From: Salpingoeca rosetta
Taxonomy: Eukaryota; Protista; Choanoflagellata
Length of the DNA stretch: 64,000 nucleotides
Assembly (NCBI GenBank): GCA_033442325.1
Contig: JAWQFM010000008.1
Span: 865,194 to 929,193 of the forward strand
Reading direction: 5' to 3'
Numbering within the stretch: the stretch's first letter is position 1; each line of letters starts with the position of its first letter. Made by a program: the position numbers and the translations under genes. Below, piece by piece: positions 21,100-38,700 of this stretch. The notes under the pieces were generated by a model that saw nothing but the letters and a program-made list of their open reading frames with translations, was not told where the DNA came from and searched no databases.

Positions 21100-22080
21100 A
21101 CAACAGCACCAGCAACAACAGCACCAGCAACAACAACACCAGCTACAACAGCACCAGCAACAACAGCACCAGCAGCAGGTAGCGATGGACCCGCGTCTGG
21201 CACAGCGCGTGCCTCCGAGCGGTGCGCCTTCTGTGGAAGAGGTTGCTCGCGCCATCAGGAAGTACCTGCAGGCTGCTGGCGGTGCGGCCTGTGCCAGCGC
21301 CGTTCCCCTCCATCTGCAGCACGAGATGCCATCGGCGATTGACACCATCGGCGCCTTTGGGCGCTTCCGCGCGTTTGTTGACATGTGCGACAGTAAGGGC
21401 CTGGGATTTGAGTTCATCCACGACAACATGAATGGTCGCGTGCAGCTCACCAGCCGTTCCAACGCAACAGCACCAGCAGCACCACCAAAACCAACACCAG
21501 CACCGAAACCAAAACCAGCACCAACAGCAGCCCCAACTGCACCCACAGCAACAGCGCCACCGCGGCGCCACTCCATCAACACCCCGTCAACGAGTGATGT
21601 TGCTCGCGTCATCAGGCACTACCTGCGGGACAAAGGCGGCTCTGTCATTGCCAGCTCCATCCCAATCTATCTGAGGGACGCGATGCCTGACGCTGACACA
21701 ACCATGAAGAAATACGGCAGGTTTCGCAGCTTCGTTGAGGAGTGTGCTCAGAGAGACCTGGGGTTTAAGTATGTCCCCGACAACGCGAGTGGCCTTGTCT
21801 GCCTGACCGAGCGTGAGCATGATTCGCGTTCGCAGCCCCACTCCAGCATCACCCCCCCGTCAGCGAGTGAAGTTGCTCGCGTCATCCGCCGTTTCCTGCA
21901 CGGCCAACATGGCTCCATCATTGCCAGCTCCATCCCACCGTACCTCAAGCACGCAATGCCTGGGGCTGAGGCAACCATCAAGAAATACGGCAAGTTCCGC
22001 AGCTTCGTTGAAGAGTGTGCGAAAAGAAGGTTGGGGTTTGAGTACGTCCCCGACAACGCGAGTGGGTTTGTGCGCCTGAC

Positions 22081-22115
<35 letters not shown>

Positions 22116-23221
22116 GTGGCAACGCGAGCGTGCGTACTGCCAACACTGCAGCCATTCCTGCATCAGCAACGGCGGTGCACCATCCGTTGGCTGCACGTGC
22201 CCCGACGACTGCTGCTAACACAACCAGCAGCAACGCAGCGCAGCCAGCAGGCGTGGCGCCCGCTCCACCGGCTCCTCCTGCTGCCCTGCAGGCGTCGTCA
22301 GCCCACGCACATGTCCAACACCACCAGCACCAGCAGCAGCAGCAAGAACAGCAGCAAGAACAGCAGCAGCAGCAGCACGAACAGCAGCAGCAGCAAGAGC
22401 AGCAGCAACCTTCTTCTTCTTCGGCCCCATCAACCGCGGGTGCCACGAGTGCGACTGCTACTGCTCCCACTGAGGCCAGTGCAACGAGCCAGGGCGCGCG
22501 CTTTGATGTTGATGCTGCTGCGTTTGCCGATCACGTGGCAACGCGCTTGCCACTCTCGACGCGGCTCGTAGAGTACGTGAACCGCCACGCTTCCGAGGTG
22601 GCAGGCGTCGACCTGCATGTTGACGGCCGGGCCATTGTCTGGCAGCGCGGCCCGCATGACGAGAAGCCGCGGCCCGAGGTTTTTGTGGACGCCCACACGT
22701 GCCACGAGGTCGTCGAGTGGCCCGAGACGAACCACCTCGGCTGCCTCGCCATCGACAACGCGTTGCACAAGGTGTGCGTGCTGCGTGACAGCATGGACCA
22801 CCTGTCGTGCGTCACCATTCGCCTCGTGCACCCGATGCTGCCACTGCCGCACTTCCCCTTCCTTGCCAAGAAGGCGGCCACTGGTGGCTTCTTTGCCTTC
22901 CGCGGCACCGACCGCGCCGTGTGCAATGCCTTCCTTCGCACCGCCGCCAAGCACCTGTGCATGTCCAACCACGTCGTTGTGCTTGATCCGTACGGCGAGA
23001 TTGCCGGCCAGGGCCAGCGCTGCGAGGCCCTCATTGGCGGCGCTGTGCGCATGCCGCTGTTCCCCGATGACGACAGTGCGCGCGCTGTGGAGCGAGCCAC
23101 CGTCGTGCTGGACGCAGACATTGTCATCTTGTGTATCACGCCAGCGCACAAGCACGCCCACTTGGCAAACATTGCCGAGCAGCTCCCTGTCTCCCTCATC
23201 ACCGCCATGATCACAAAGTGA
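19829..23221 (+). CDS. Intronless 1130-aa Q/P-rich protein with four LOTUS/OST-HTH-like repeats and a C-terminal degenerate Ycf45/SpoIIIAA-like P-loop domain
   Basis: Single long ORF. Four repeats of about 72 aa (V.R.IR.YL...GG....S.IP.YL....P.A..T.KKYG.FR.FV.......GF..V.DN..G.V.LT) at about 20651-20866, 21224-21451, 21580-21808 and 21853-22081. The C-terminal domain (about 22500-23218) contains IDNALHKVCVLRD, VVVLDPYGEIAGQG and IGGAVRMP. Confidence 0.85.
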
Positions 23222-23574
23222 TGGGTGTATGTGTGTGTGTGCGTGTGTGTGTATGTGTGTGCGCGCGCGCTTGTTTGTGAGAGAGTGAGCGTGTGCGCGT
23301 GTATGTCGTGTGTGTGAGTGTTTGCGCGCGTGTATGTGTGAGTCAGTGCGTGAGTGTGAGCGCGTGTTTGTGTACAGTTTCATTGTTGAACGACTGATGT
23401 ATGTGTTGAGTATGATGCGTTCATCACATCATGTCACCCCTCGCTCTTTGCCCCCTTGCTTGCGATTGTGCGTCTGCGTTGCCAATTGGCTGGTTGGGTT
23501 CATTTGAAGATGAACAGAGTACCCCGTTGTCACAATCTGCATCGAGAAGCGAAGCTGCCTTTGCACACACATAT

Positions 23575-23661
<87 letters not shown>

Positions 23662-23667
23662 CAGCTG

Positions 23668-25923
23668 CTACGCTGTTTGCGGTGAGGTGTGGCTGGTGCC
23701 GTTGTCTTCCTGCTCGTCAAAGAGTTTGGCGATGAATGTGTTGCTGAGGACACCACGTGGGTCGAGCCGTCGCCTGAAGTGATTGAACCGGTCAACGGGG
23801 AAGCGCTCTCGCATGCGTGCTCTCAACTCACGCAGCTCAGCGGGATCTGTTGGGACTTCAAGCTTGGCCCAGTGTACATACGCGTCATACTTGGCATCAA
23901 GGTTGTCGGCGACCAATTGCCTGTACTTGAAGAACGCTTGCGTAATGGCCTCGCGCTCGCGCGTGTCTGCCGTACACAAGTACATGATGATGCCCGCCCA
24001 TGCGTGGATGCCGTCCTCGTGTGCCGGTACGCGGCCTGGCCCAGGGCCACCGACACTCATGGCGGAGGTGGAGGTGCGCGTCCACCGCTGCTCGATAGGC
24101 GCCGGTGCAGGCACGTGGTTGTCCTCAATCAGGGCGAGCAGGTCTGCCATGAACGCCATATCGGCCATGTCGGGCGCTTGCAACGTGCCTGCAGGGAAGC
24201 ACACCTCGTTCACCCACTGCTGCCCTCCGCACTCAAATCCAAGCACCTGTGAGTGTGCACAATGTGAGTGAGTGCGCTCAATGTGGGTGAGTGCGCTCAA
24301 TGTGAGTGAGTGAGTGTGCGCAATGTGTGCGAGGGTGTGTGCGCAATGTGTGCGAGGGTGTGGTACGCTCACCTCGTCGCTGTAGCCGACGCTGGTGATG
24401 CCCTGGTTTCGGCGCCAGAACTCGGCTTCGGCAGCGTTGCACTTCTTCACGTGCTCAACATCTGCACGTGGCAGAGGTGTTGGATGGGTGTGTGTGTGTG
24501 TGTGAGGTTAGCAGGCATGCAAACGGAAGACCACACATACACACAGAGGCAGACAGACACAGACACAGAAGCAGACAGAGAGACAGAGAGACAGAGAGAC
24601 AGAGAGACAGAGGCAGACACACACACACAGACACACAGACACACACGCACGCACACACACAAACACACAAACACACACAGACACACAGACACACAGACAC
24701 ACACGCACGCACACACACACACAGACACACACACGCACGCACACACGCACACACGCACGCACACACACACACACACAGACACACAGACACACACACACAC
24801 ACACACACACAGACACAGACACACAGTCGGTACCTCGAGGGTTGGCGGCCAGGATGGCGTCGCGAAGGTCCGCAAAGTGCATCGTGCGCATGCGGTCTTG
24901 GGAGATGCTCGGGTTGACCTGTTGCAGCAGCGATCGCAGTGGCGCCAGCGCATATGCCTCGTGCTCGCTCGCCTGCTTCTCCTCGGCCTCTGCTTCGTCC
25001 TGTGCCCGCGCGGCATGTGTGGTGTTGTTGCACTCCACAACAACCACGGCGTCCTCGTACGGGATCCACATGTATCGGACGTGCTTGTTGCGCCGCAGCC
25101 GCTCCTTGTGGCCGCGGCGGGCCTCCTCGCGCGTGATGACGCTAGTTCGCTCCGTCAGGAGGTGGTGATCAACGCACTGCAGCGTGACGGTGCCCATGAT
25201 GCCCAGCGCACCGAGTCCAACGCGTGCGAGGTCAAACAGCTCCGGGTGTGACTCGCGTGTGACGCTCAAGGTGCCCTGGGCGGGCGTGATGAGGCTGAAG
25301 CCAACAACCTGGTCGTCCGCGGGCGGGATGGCTGCGCCGGTGCCGTGCGCGCCGGCTTGCACGAAGCCGCCAATCTGCTGCTCTCGGATGGACGCGTAGT
25401 TCTGCAGCGTGAGCCCATATGGCCGGAGCTTCTCCACGACGTCTGCCACGCGTGCGCCGGCCTCCACGCACACCTGCTTCGAGTCCGGGTCCACCCACAG
25501 CACGCGGTTGCAGTTGACCATGCTCAGCATGCCCTCGTCACTGAATGCCAGGCCGTTTGGCGAGATGGCCGAGCCCACAACGCGCAGCCGCTGGCCCGTC
25601 GCGTGTGCTCTCGCAAGCGCGTCCTCCACCTCACCCAGGCTGTTCGGCTCCACGAACACGCGAGGCCACGCCGTGTGCGTCCCAGACCAGTTGACCACCT
25701 CGTGACTGTCGTGGTCATGATTGCCGTCGTCATCATCCCTGCCTGCTTCTGCGTGCGCCAGGCGACATCCACGCATCCAGCCGTGTGTGATGGTGGTGGT
25801 GCCACCTCTTCCCTCTTCCCCTTTGCTGGCTGGTTCCCATGCGCTCCATGGGTGCAGCAGCGCTGCTCCCGATGCTGCTCCCGCCACAGCTGCCCACCGC
25901 ATGAACACCCTCCCCACCACCAT
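23668..25923 (-). CDS. GLDH: L-galactono-1,4-lactone dehydrogenase (FAD-linked aldonolactone oxidoreductase); exons 25923-24834, 24461-24373, 24246-23668
   Basis: [83 protein letters not shown] and LDPRGVLSN are typical plant/algal GLDH motifs. Splice phases are consistent. Confidence 0.93.
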
Positions 25924-26031
25924 TGTCCTCTGACTTTAGTCTTCTTGGCTTCTTGCGTTGTTGTCTTGCTTCTTTTGGCTGTAACATGCACTTCTTTGCT
26001 TGGTGTCCGTGGTGGTCATTTCATGCCGCCT

Positions 26032-26103
26032 GTGGATGTGTGCTGTGTGTGCATGTGATGCGTGGATGTGTGCTGTGTGTGCATGTGATGCGTGGATGTG
26101 TGT
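26032..26103. repeat. 30-bp tandem repeat (about 2.4 copies) between the GALNT stop and the GLDH start
   Basis: Unit gtggatgtgtgctgtgtgtgcatgtgatgc. Confidence 0.85.
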
Positions 26104-26121
26104 GGTGTGTGTCGAGCTACA

Positions 26122-31628
<5,507 letters not shown>

Positions 31629-31821
31629 TGTCGGCGTCGTCTGCGGGCAGTTGGTCGTCGTTGTTGTCCTTCTCCTCCCTTTCCTTCTTCCGTTTCTGAC
31701 AACAACGTCAAATTTGCCTTTGGCCACCAAGCAGCAGAACGCAATTTTGCCTTTCCAAATTTTCAGTTTCGAAGAGAGCAGAAGAGGAAGCAGGAAGGAC
31801 ACCAACCCACCAACGAGCAGC
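31629..31821. promoter_or_regulatory. Short divergent promoter region between GALNT and FBF1-like
   Basis: Head-to-head ATGs at 31628 (-) and 31822 (+), 193 bp apart. Confidence 0.55.
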
Positions 31822-31911
31822 ATGGACGACATCGATGCGTTGCTGGACTCGCTCGCTGACAACAGCGACAAGAGCAAGATGAAGCGTGCGTTCCATGTCA
31901 TGTTCGTGTGT

Positions 31912-31998
<87 letters not shown>

Positions 31999-33723
31999 GC
32001 ATGCTCTGTAGTCTGTGCTCTATACACTGTTCGCTGTTTGCGCTGTGCTCTGTGTGCTCTGTACACTGTTCGCTCTGCGCTGCGCTCTGTGTTCTGTTCG
32101 CTGTTTGCGCTGTGTTCTGTACACTGTTCGCTGTTTGCGCTGTGCTCTGTGTACCCTGTGCTTTGTGCTCCTCGCCCTTCCCTTATGCATGCCCCACTCA
32201 TGTGTCATTCCTGGTGTACTTGCTGCAGCAGCAAGCGGAGGATCATCAAGGCCATCTCGACGGGGCATGTCTGCGACGAGGACGAGGACGACGACGACGG
32301 CCGGTGCTGGGCGTGCTGCTGGCACAGCACGTGGGTCTGCCGCGCGCGCAGGCAGTGGTGCACGTGGCAAGAAGTCTGCGGGAACGCCCAAAGACCAAGA
32401 TTTTTATGCCAGCATGCGCCAAGAGGTCGACGACGATGTAAGTTCAGCACTCATCCTGCTGTGTTTGTTGTGCACATGTCCACGTGTACACGTGTATGTG
32501 TGTGCATGTACGTGATCTTGTGTTTGTGTGCATGTACGGATCTTGTTTGTGTGTGCCATGCGTGCATGTGTTAGTGCACGCACACGTGTAATTGCACGTG
32601 TACGTTCTTTGGCATGACATTATGGACTCTGCCAGCTCGTGGCTGAACTGAATTTGCTTGCTTGGGGCGATTTTGTTTTGTCTTCTTGGCTGTAACAGTG
32701 GGATGACAGTGACGAAGACATCATGTCAAACGTCGATGCCAGCAAGATGGCCGCAGACCTCGGCGTGAGCACAGTCACAAACACAATTCAGCATACACCA
32801 ACCTGCACATGATTCAACAGCTTGCTCAACAACATCGACGACCACACAACATCAACAACCACACACACACACACACATGCACACACACACACATGCACAC
32901 ACACACACACACACACATGCACACACACACACATACGAGCGAATGTCCTCCTCATCACTATCACCTGCTCCTCTGTCTCGTCCGCTATCCGCATTGACCA
33001 GGACCTGGACGATATGGACGACGCGCTCTTTGGCGGGCTTGGCGGCAGTGGTGGTGGAGAAACGAAGACGAAGAAGAAGAAGAAGCCCACGACGGCGACA
33101 ACAGCAGCCGCATCACGGACAGCGGCAACAGCAACATCAACCGCAGCCAAAGCAAGGCCTGCAGCCGCGACAAAGGCGACAGAAGCGCAGCCCCCAGCTA
33201 CAAAGCACCAGCAGAGCAAGAAATCAGCAGCCCCGCCTGCCAGCACCAGCACCGCCGCACAGAACGACTCCGACGACTGGGATCTGAGCGGTGCTGACGA
33301 TCTCCTAGCAGACTTGGGCGATTCAAAGCCAAAGGCGCGCGCACAGGGTGGCGCCCGTACAGCAGCCGCGACAACATCAGCTGCTGGGAAAGGCCAGTCT
33401 GTTGGGCGCAGTGACACCGCGTATGTGCCGTCGATGGGTGGTCGTGGCGGCATGAGCGCAATGCTTGAGCCGCGCACAGGGCGCCCAGGCACATCTACGG
33501 GACGAAGGGGCGCTGGAACACAGGGAACAACTGCCGCAGCCACCGCAGCAAAGGCAACAGCACCCCCTCGTGCCGGTGCAGTGGCAACGACGAAGCGAAG
33601 CAGTAGCACGGCCGGGCGGGCAGCGTCCAACAGGGCGTCTCGCGCAGACAGTGATCTCGACTTTGGCAGCAGCTTTGGTGATGACGACGAAGAGCAGAGC
33701 AGTGGCAGCGGCGCTGTTGTTGG

Positions 33724-33756
<33 letters not shown>

Positions 33757-35559
33757 GCTTGGTTTGCTCGGTGATGACGAGCCAGCGGGAAGGAAGCAGC
33801 AGCAGCAACAACAACAACAACAACGACGACCAAGCACGCTGGGCACACAAGGCTCCAGAGCAACGGCTGCAGCAGCAGGCGACGCTGCTCGTGGTCGCGG
33901 CGGTGGACGCGGCGGTGACGACGGTGCCCTGCCGTTCCGACCGTCCACAGGCACGGGCAGACGGCGGCAGGGCACGGGCCCCACAGGTAGCAGTGGTGAT
34001 GATGGCGGCGGCAGCGGCGGTGTGCAGATGCCGTGGGAGGAGCCATCGCGACGCGGTGCTGGTGCTGGCGCTGGGCGAAGGCGGACATCATCGTCGGCAT
34101 CGTTCGAGTGGGGTGAATCTGCCGGCGAGGAAGAGGCACCGACACATGTGGGCGGTCGCGTGGAGGATGAACGAGGTCACGGGGTCGAAGGGAACGTGTT
34201 TGCTGGCGAGGAAGAAGGAGCTCAAGCACACCACCAACAGCAGCAGCAGCAGCAGCAAGGGGGCCGTCCACAGAGCCGCAGCGAGGCAGCAGCAGACCTG
34301 AGCTGGCTCTCACAGAGCCGTGGCGCAAGTCGCACGGAGGCACACGCTAAATCCTCATCACCGCAACCACAACAGCCACAGCAACAACAGCAACAACAGC
34401 AACAGCCACAGCAACCACAACAGCCACAGCAACAACAGCCACAGCAACAACAACAGCAGCAGCAGTGGCCGCCCACATCTTCCAGCCGTCGTGGTGGCGG
34501 TTTCCTCGACTTTCTGCACAGCCGCAGCGGCGCTGCACCACCACAACAGCAGCAGCAGCAACAGCAGCAGCAGCAACGACGCGGTGGTGGTGGTGGTGGG
34601 AGTGGGGTTAATGCGACTCAAGCGGCACCAGCAATGAGACAAGCAGGACCATCTGTAATGGGTACAGCGGGCGCAGGGGCGTTGGGTGAACAGCCAGCAC
34701 CGACAGCGCTGAGCCGTGAGACGACGAACAAGGAGATTTCGCGGCTCGAACAAGAGGTGCAGCGCTTGCAATCGGAACTGAAAACAACGCACCAAGCTTT
34801 AGATGGCGCCAGCACCAAGCATGAGAAGCAGGTATCTTTTCGTTTGTGTGTGCGTGTGCGTGCGTACGCGCGTTGGTGTATGGTTGTGTGTTTCTCGCTG
34901 ATGACGTTTGCTGTCTTTGAGCGGAGGCATCTGTGGTACCAAGCGAGAGTGTGAGTGTGCGCTGTGAATGGACTGTGCCAAAAGCCGTCCTCCCCGAAAT
35001 TCACATGTGCACGCGTTCATGTGCTCATCGTACAGGCGGTGGAATTGCAGGCCGCAAGGGATGAGTTGACATCAAGCCAAAAGACAATGAATGAATACAA
35101 GCAGCAAATCCAACAGGTGACTTGGGCAAGACCAGCCATAGTTGGCAGGATTGCGATGTGCATGTGTGCGTTTCTTTGCGTCATACATTTTGCCAGAATG
35201 CGTTCACGATATGCACGCACAATATTCGATGATGACTGCGCGACTCACGCTCTCCACCCTCTGTCGCATTCACGTTTTCGCTCGCGCACGTGAATCAGCT
35301 GACGGATGAGCGGGATTCCTTGGCAAGGAAGGTGAAGACGCTTGAAGAAGACGCGGCGACTGCCGCGGAATCGCGCGATAAACAGCTGTTGGAGCGCGAT
35401 GAGGAACTGCAGCGCCTGCGAGACCGTGTAGCGCACACGGACGAGATCCTGCGCAAGGAGCTCGACAGCGTCCATCAACGCCACCGCGACGCCGTTGCCA
35501 AGGTGCGCCGGTGCATGTGTTGATTCTGGGCGTGATGATGATGATGCTGATGATGATGC

Positions 35560-35603
<44 letters not shown>

Positions 35604-35628
35604 CTGATGATGCTGATGATGATGATGC

Positions 35629-35666
<38 letters not shown>

Positions 35667-35676
35667 GTGGTGGTGT

Positions 35677-35746
<70 letters not shown>

Positions 35747-38700
35747 GGTGTCAACGGTTGTTGTTCCCGCTTGCCTGTGCTGTGTGACTTGAGCGAGTGC
35801 TTTTCATGACGTATCCTTCTGTGTGCAAATGTGTACGCATGTATGAATCCATGGTGTTGCCTCTACCACCTCACGTACTGGCCGTGTCTGCTTCGCTTCC
35901 AGCTGCAAGAAGAGTCTGATGCGCGGTACGAGGCGCTGCTGAAGCGAAAGGACGCCGAGATTGAGTCCATCCGCCAGTCTCACAAGGTCTCACAGGCTGG
36001 GCTGCTGGATTTTACGCATGCACATAGACGTGTTCACACTTGCACACACTGCAGTGGCTGTCTGAACTGACACATCACCGCTTACCCTCACCCCCCTCCT
36101 CCTCCAAATCGCCCTAACTTGCGCTGCTTGTTCACAGGTGGAGATTGCAGACTTGGAGGCGTCGCATTCGCTCGTGCTGCAAACACGCGAGCAGCAGCAC
36201 CAGGCAGACCTTGCGCAGGTGCGGGAGCTGAGCAAGCAGCAGGTTGCCTCTGCGTTGGAGAACAAGGAGAATGCCGAGGGCATTCGCGTGCTGCTGTCCC
36301 AGTTGAAGAACACAACCGAGGGTGTGGACACCATTCAGCAACGCCTTCGTGCTGCCATGAGCGAGCAGCTTGGAGAGCGCGAGGCACGCGTTGTCGAGCG
36401 AGAAAAGGTGCGATGTGCGTGTTGTATGTGTGGTGTGGTAGATGGGTGTCGTGTGGTGTGATGCGTTGAATGTACGTGGCTGAGGATGCGGGGTCAGTGT
36501 CAGTGTTTGTGTGCATGTGTTTTCAGGTGTAAACCTAGTATTTGGTCTGAGATCGTTGGGACGTTTGCACTCTGAGTTGTGTTGCGCAGTTTCGTCACCG
36601 AGTTGCTTCCATCTCCATGCTGTTATTTGTTGGCAGGCGCTTGATGAAGCCATGGAGAGCTTGAAGAAGCAACAACTCTCCCTGGACGAGGTGCGTTCAC
36701 ACCCTGCGAATCTGTTGTATGAGACACCAGCTTCTTGTGCCATGGGGTGGCAGTGGAGAGGTGTTTGTATCCTGCCGTACCTGCGTGTGTATTTGTGTTG
36801 TGTGTGTGTGTGTGTGTGCGTGTTGTGTGTGTGTGTGTGTGTGTGCTCTCGCCCGCGCAGGGGCCCGCGTGTCGTGTGTGCGCGTTCACACGTGTTCACT
36901 GTGTGTGTTTGTGCATATGTGTAGGAGCGACGCGACATGCAGCGCGTGTATGCAAAGCTGGAGGTGGAACTGCGAGAGCAGCGAACGCAGCTGGAGCAGC
37001 GGCAGTGGCGCCTGACGCAAGATGAGGCGCGTGTGCAGGCGAACCAGCAAGCCATTGACGACCAGCGCGCTGTCGCCATGCAGCAGTCGCAGGAGGAGCG
37101 TGCACAGATCCAAAGCCTGGTAGGGTGCTCGGCTTTATGTGTGTGTGTGTGTTGGGGGGGGGCGGTGTTGTGAGATGCATTGCGGCTGATTGCACTTGTT
37201 TGTATATTGCTGCTGCGGCAGTGAATGAAAAGAGGCAATGCGCTGCCTTTTCACCGACTCCCAACATGCACGCACTCACCCGACTGCCACCAACCACCAC
37301 CACAACACAACACAACACAACACAACACAACACAACACAACACAACACAACACAACACAACACAACACAACACAAACATACATACACACTCACATGGCGT
37401 GTGTGTCTGTACATGGCAGCGGGAGGCGCTGTCGCGGGAGAGGCGGGAAATGCTGCGAGAACTCAACGACCAGCGGCGCGATCTGGCAGAGGAGCGCGCG
37501 TCTGTGAAACAGGCAAAGCGGGAAGCAGAGCTGAGAGACAGGCGCAAGACGGATGAGATGATGGAGACGACGGCGCAGGTGGAGAAGGCCATGGCGAGCG
37601 TGCACCAGGAGCAGCTGCAGATTGAACAGCGCTCGTCTGCACTCAAGCGGCAGGAGCGAGAGCTGGAGAAGGTGAAGCGACGGCTGAAACTCGAACGCGA
37701 GCGATTGGCAGAGGAGCGACAGCAGTTGATGGAGACGGCAACAATGGTGGAGGAAAAGTCCGCAGCTGCGCTTGCATTGCATCAGCGTGCGCAAGAGGAC
37801 CTGGCAGCAGCACGAGAGGCGCACGAGGTGTGTGTGTGCTTTTGTGTGCATTTGTGTGCATGTGCGTGTGTGTTTGTGTGTGTTTGTGTGTGTTTGTGTG
37901 CGTGCGTGTGTGTTCGTGTGCGTGTGTGTTCGTGTGTGTGTGTGTTGGGTGCATGTGCTGGAAAGCTTTCTCCGTGTGCCTCACGTTTGATGCAACGCTC
38001 CGTTGATTGTTGCTTTGCAGCATGTGGAGGCGTTGAACCTGGCCATCGCAAACGAAAAGGCGGAATTGCTCGCTCTTCAGTCTGAACTCAAGGTGACGAT
38101 GAGGACTCACCGTCGTCCATATTCTGGATCGTTCATCCACCACCATTGTTGTTGTGTGCTCACATTCACTCACGAACATTGACAACTACGCACACACACA
38201 CGCACTACAACATACTTACACGCACAACATGCATGCATACACACATACATGCACACCCTGGCGCTGGTGAACGTTAGGCGGCCGAGACGCGGCTGTATGA
38301 AACTCGTGCACGCATGGAGCTGTCATCGTCCAACTCTGGCCCACACACGCAGCAACAACAGCAACAAAGAAAGCCGTCAACGCAACAAGCGTACACCACG
38401 GGTCACGATTCTGGGGCACACAATAGCGGCGGCGACACAGCGTTTGCGCAGACAATGCAGCAGCTCGAAGCCCTGAAGGTACACGTACATATACTCACAC
38501 ACTCACACACTCACATACATTCACGGACACACGTACTCGCTCACGGGTGCGCTTGCACTTGCACTTCTTGTGGGTCTTTACGCAGGCATGCACTCATCTT
38601 TGCATGCTTGGGCGTTGTTGTGTCTGCTTGTCGACCTTTCAGGCGCAATATGAGGAGATGAACGCAGCCGTCTCTGCCAATCTCCAACAGCCGAGGTGCG

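Noticed and set aside
19829-23221. Transposon or viral origin for the two intronless genes (also 3527-5827)
   Set aside because: I could see no transposase, RT or integrase motifs, terminal inverted repeats, LTRs, poly-A tails or target-site duplications.
32005-32160. Repeated ctgttcgctgtttgcgctgtgctctg units resembling a repeat-spacer array
   Set aside because: Degenerate intronic minisatellite in FBF1-like intron 1, with no unique spacers and no cas genes, in a eukaryotic context. Not CRISPR.
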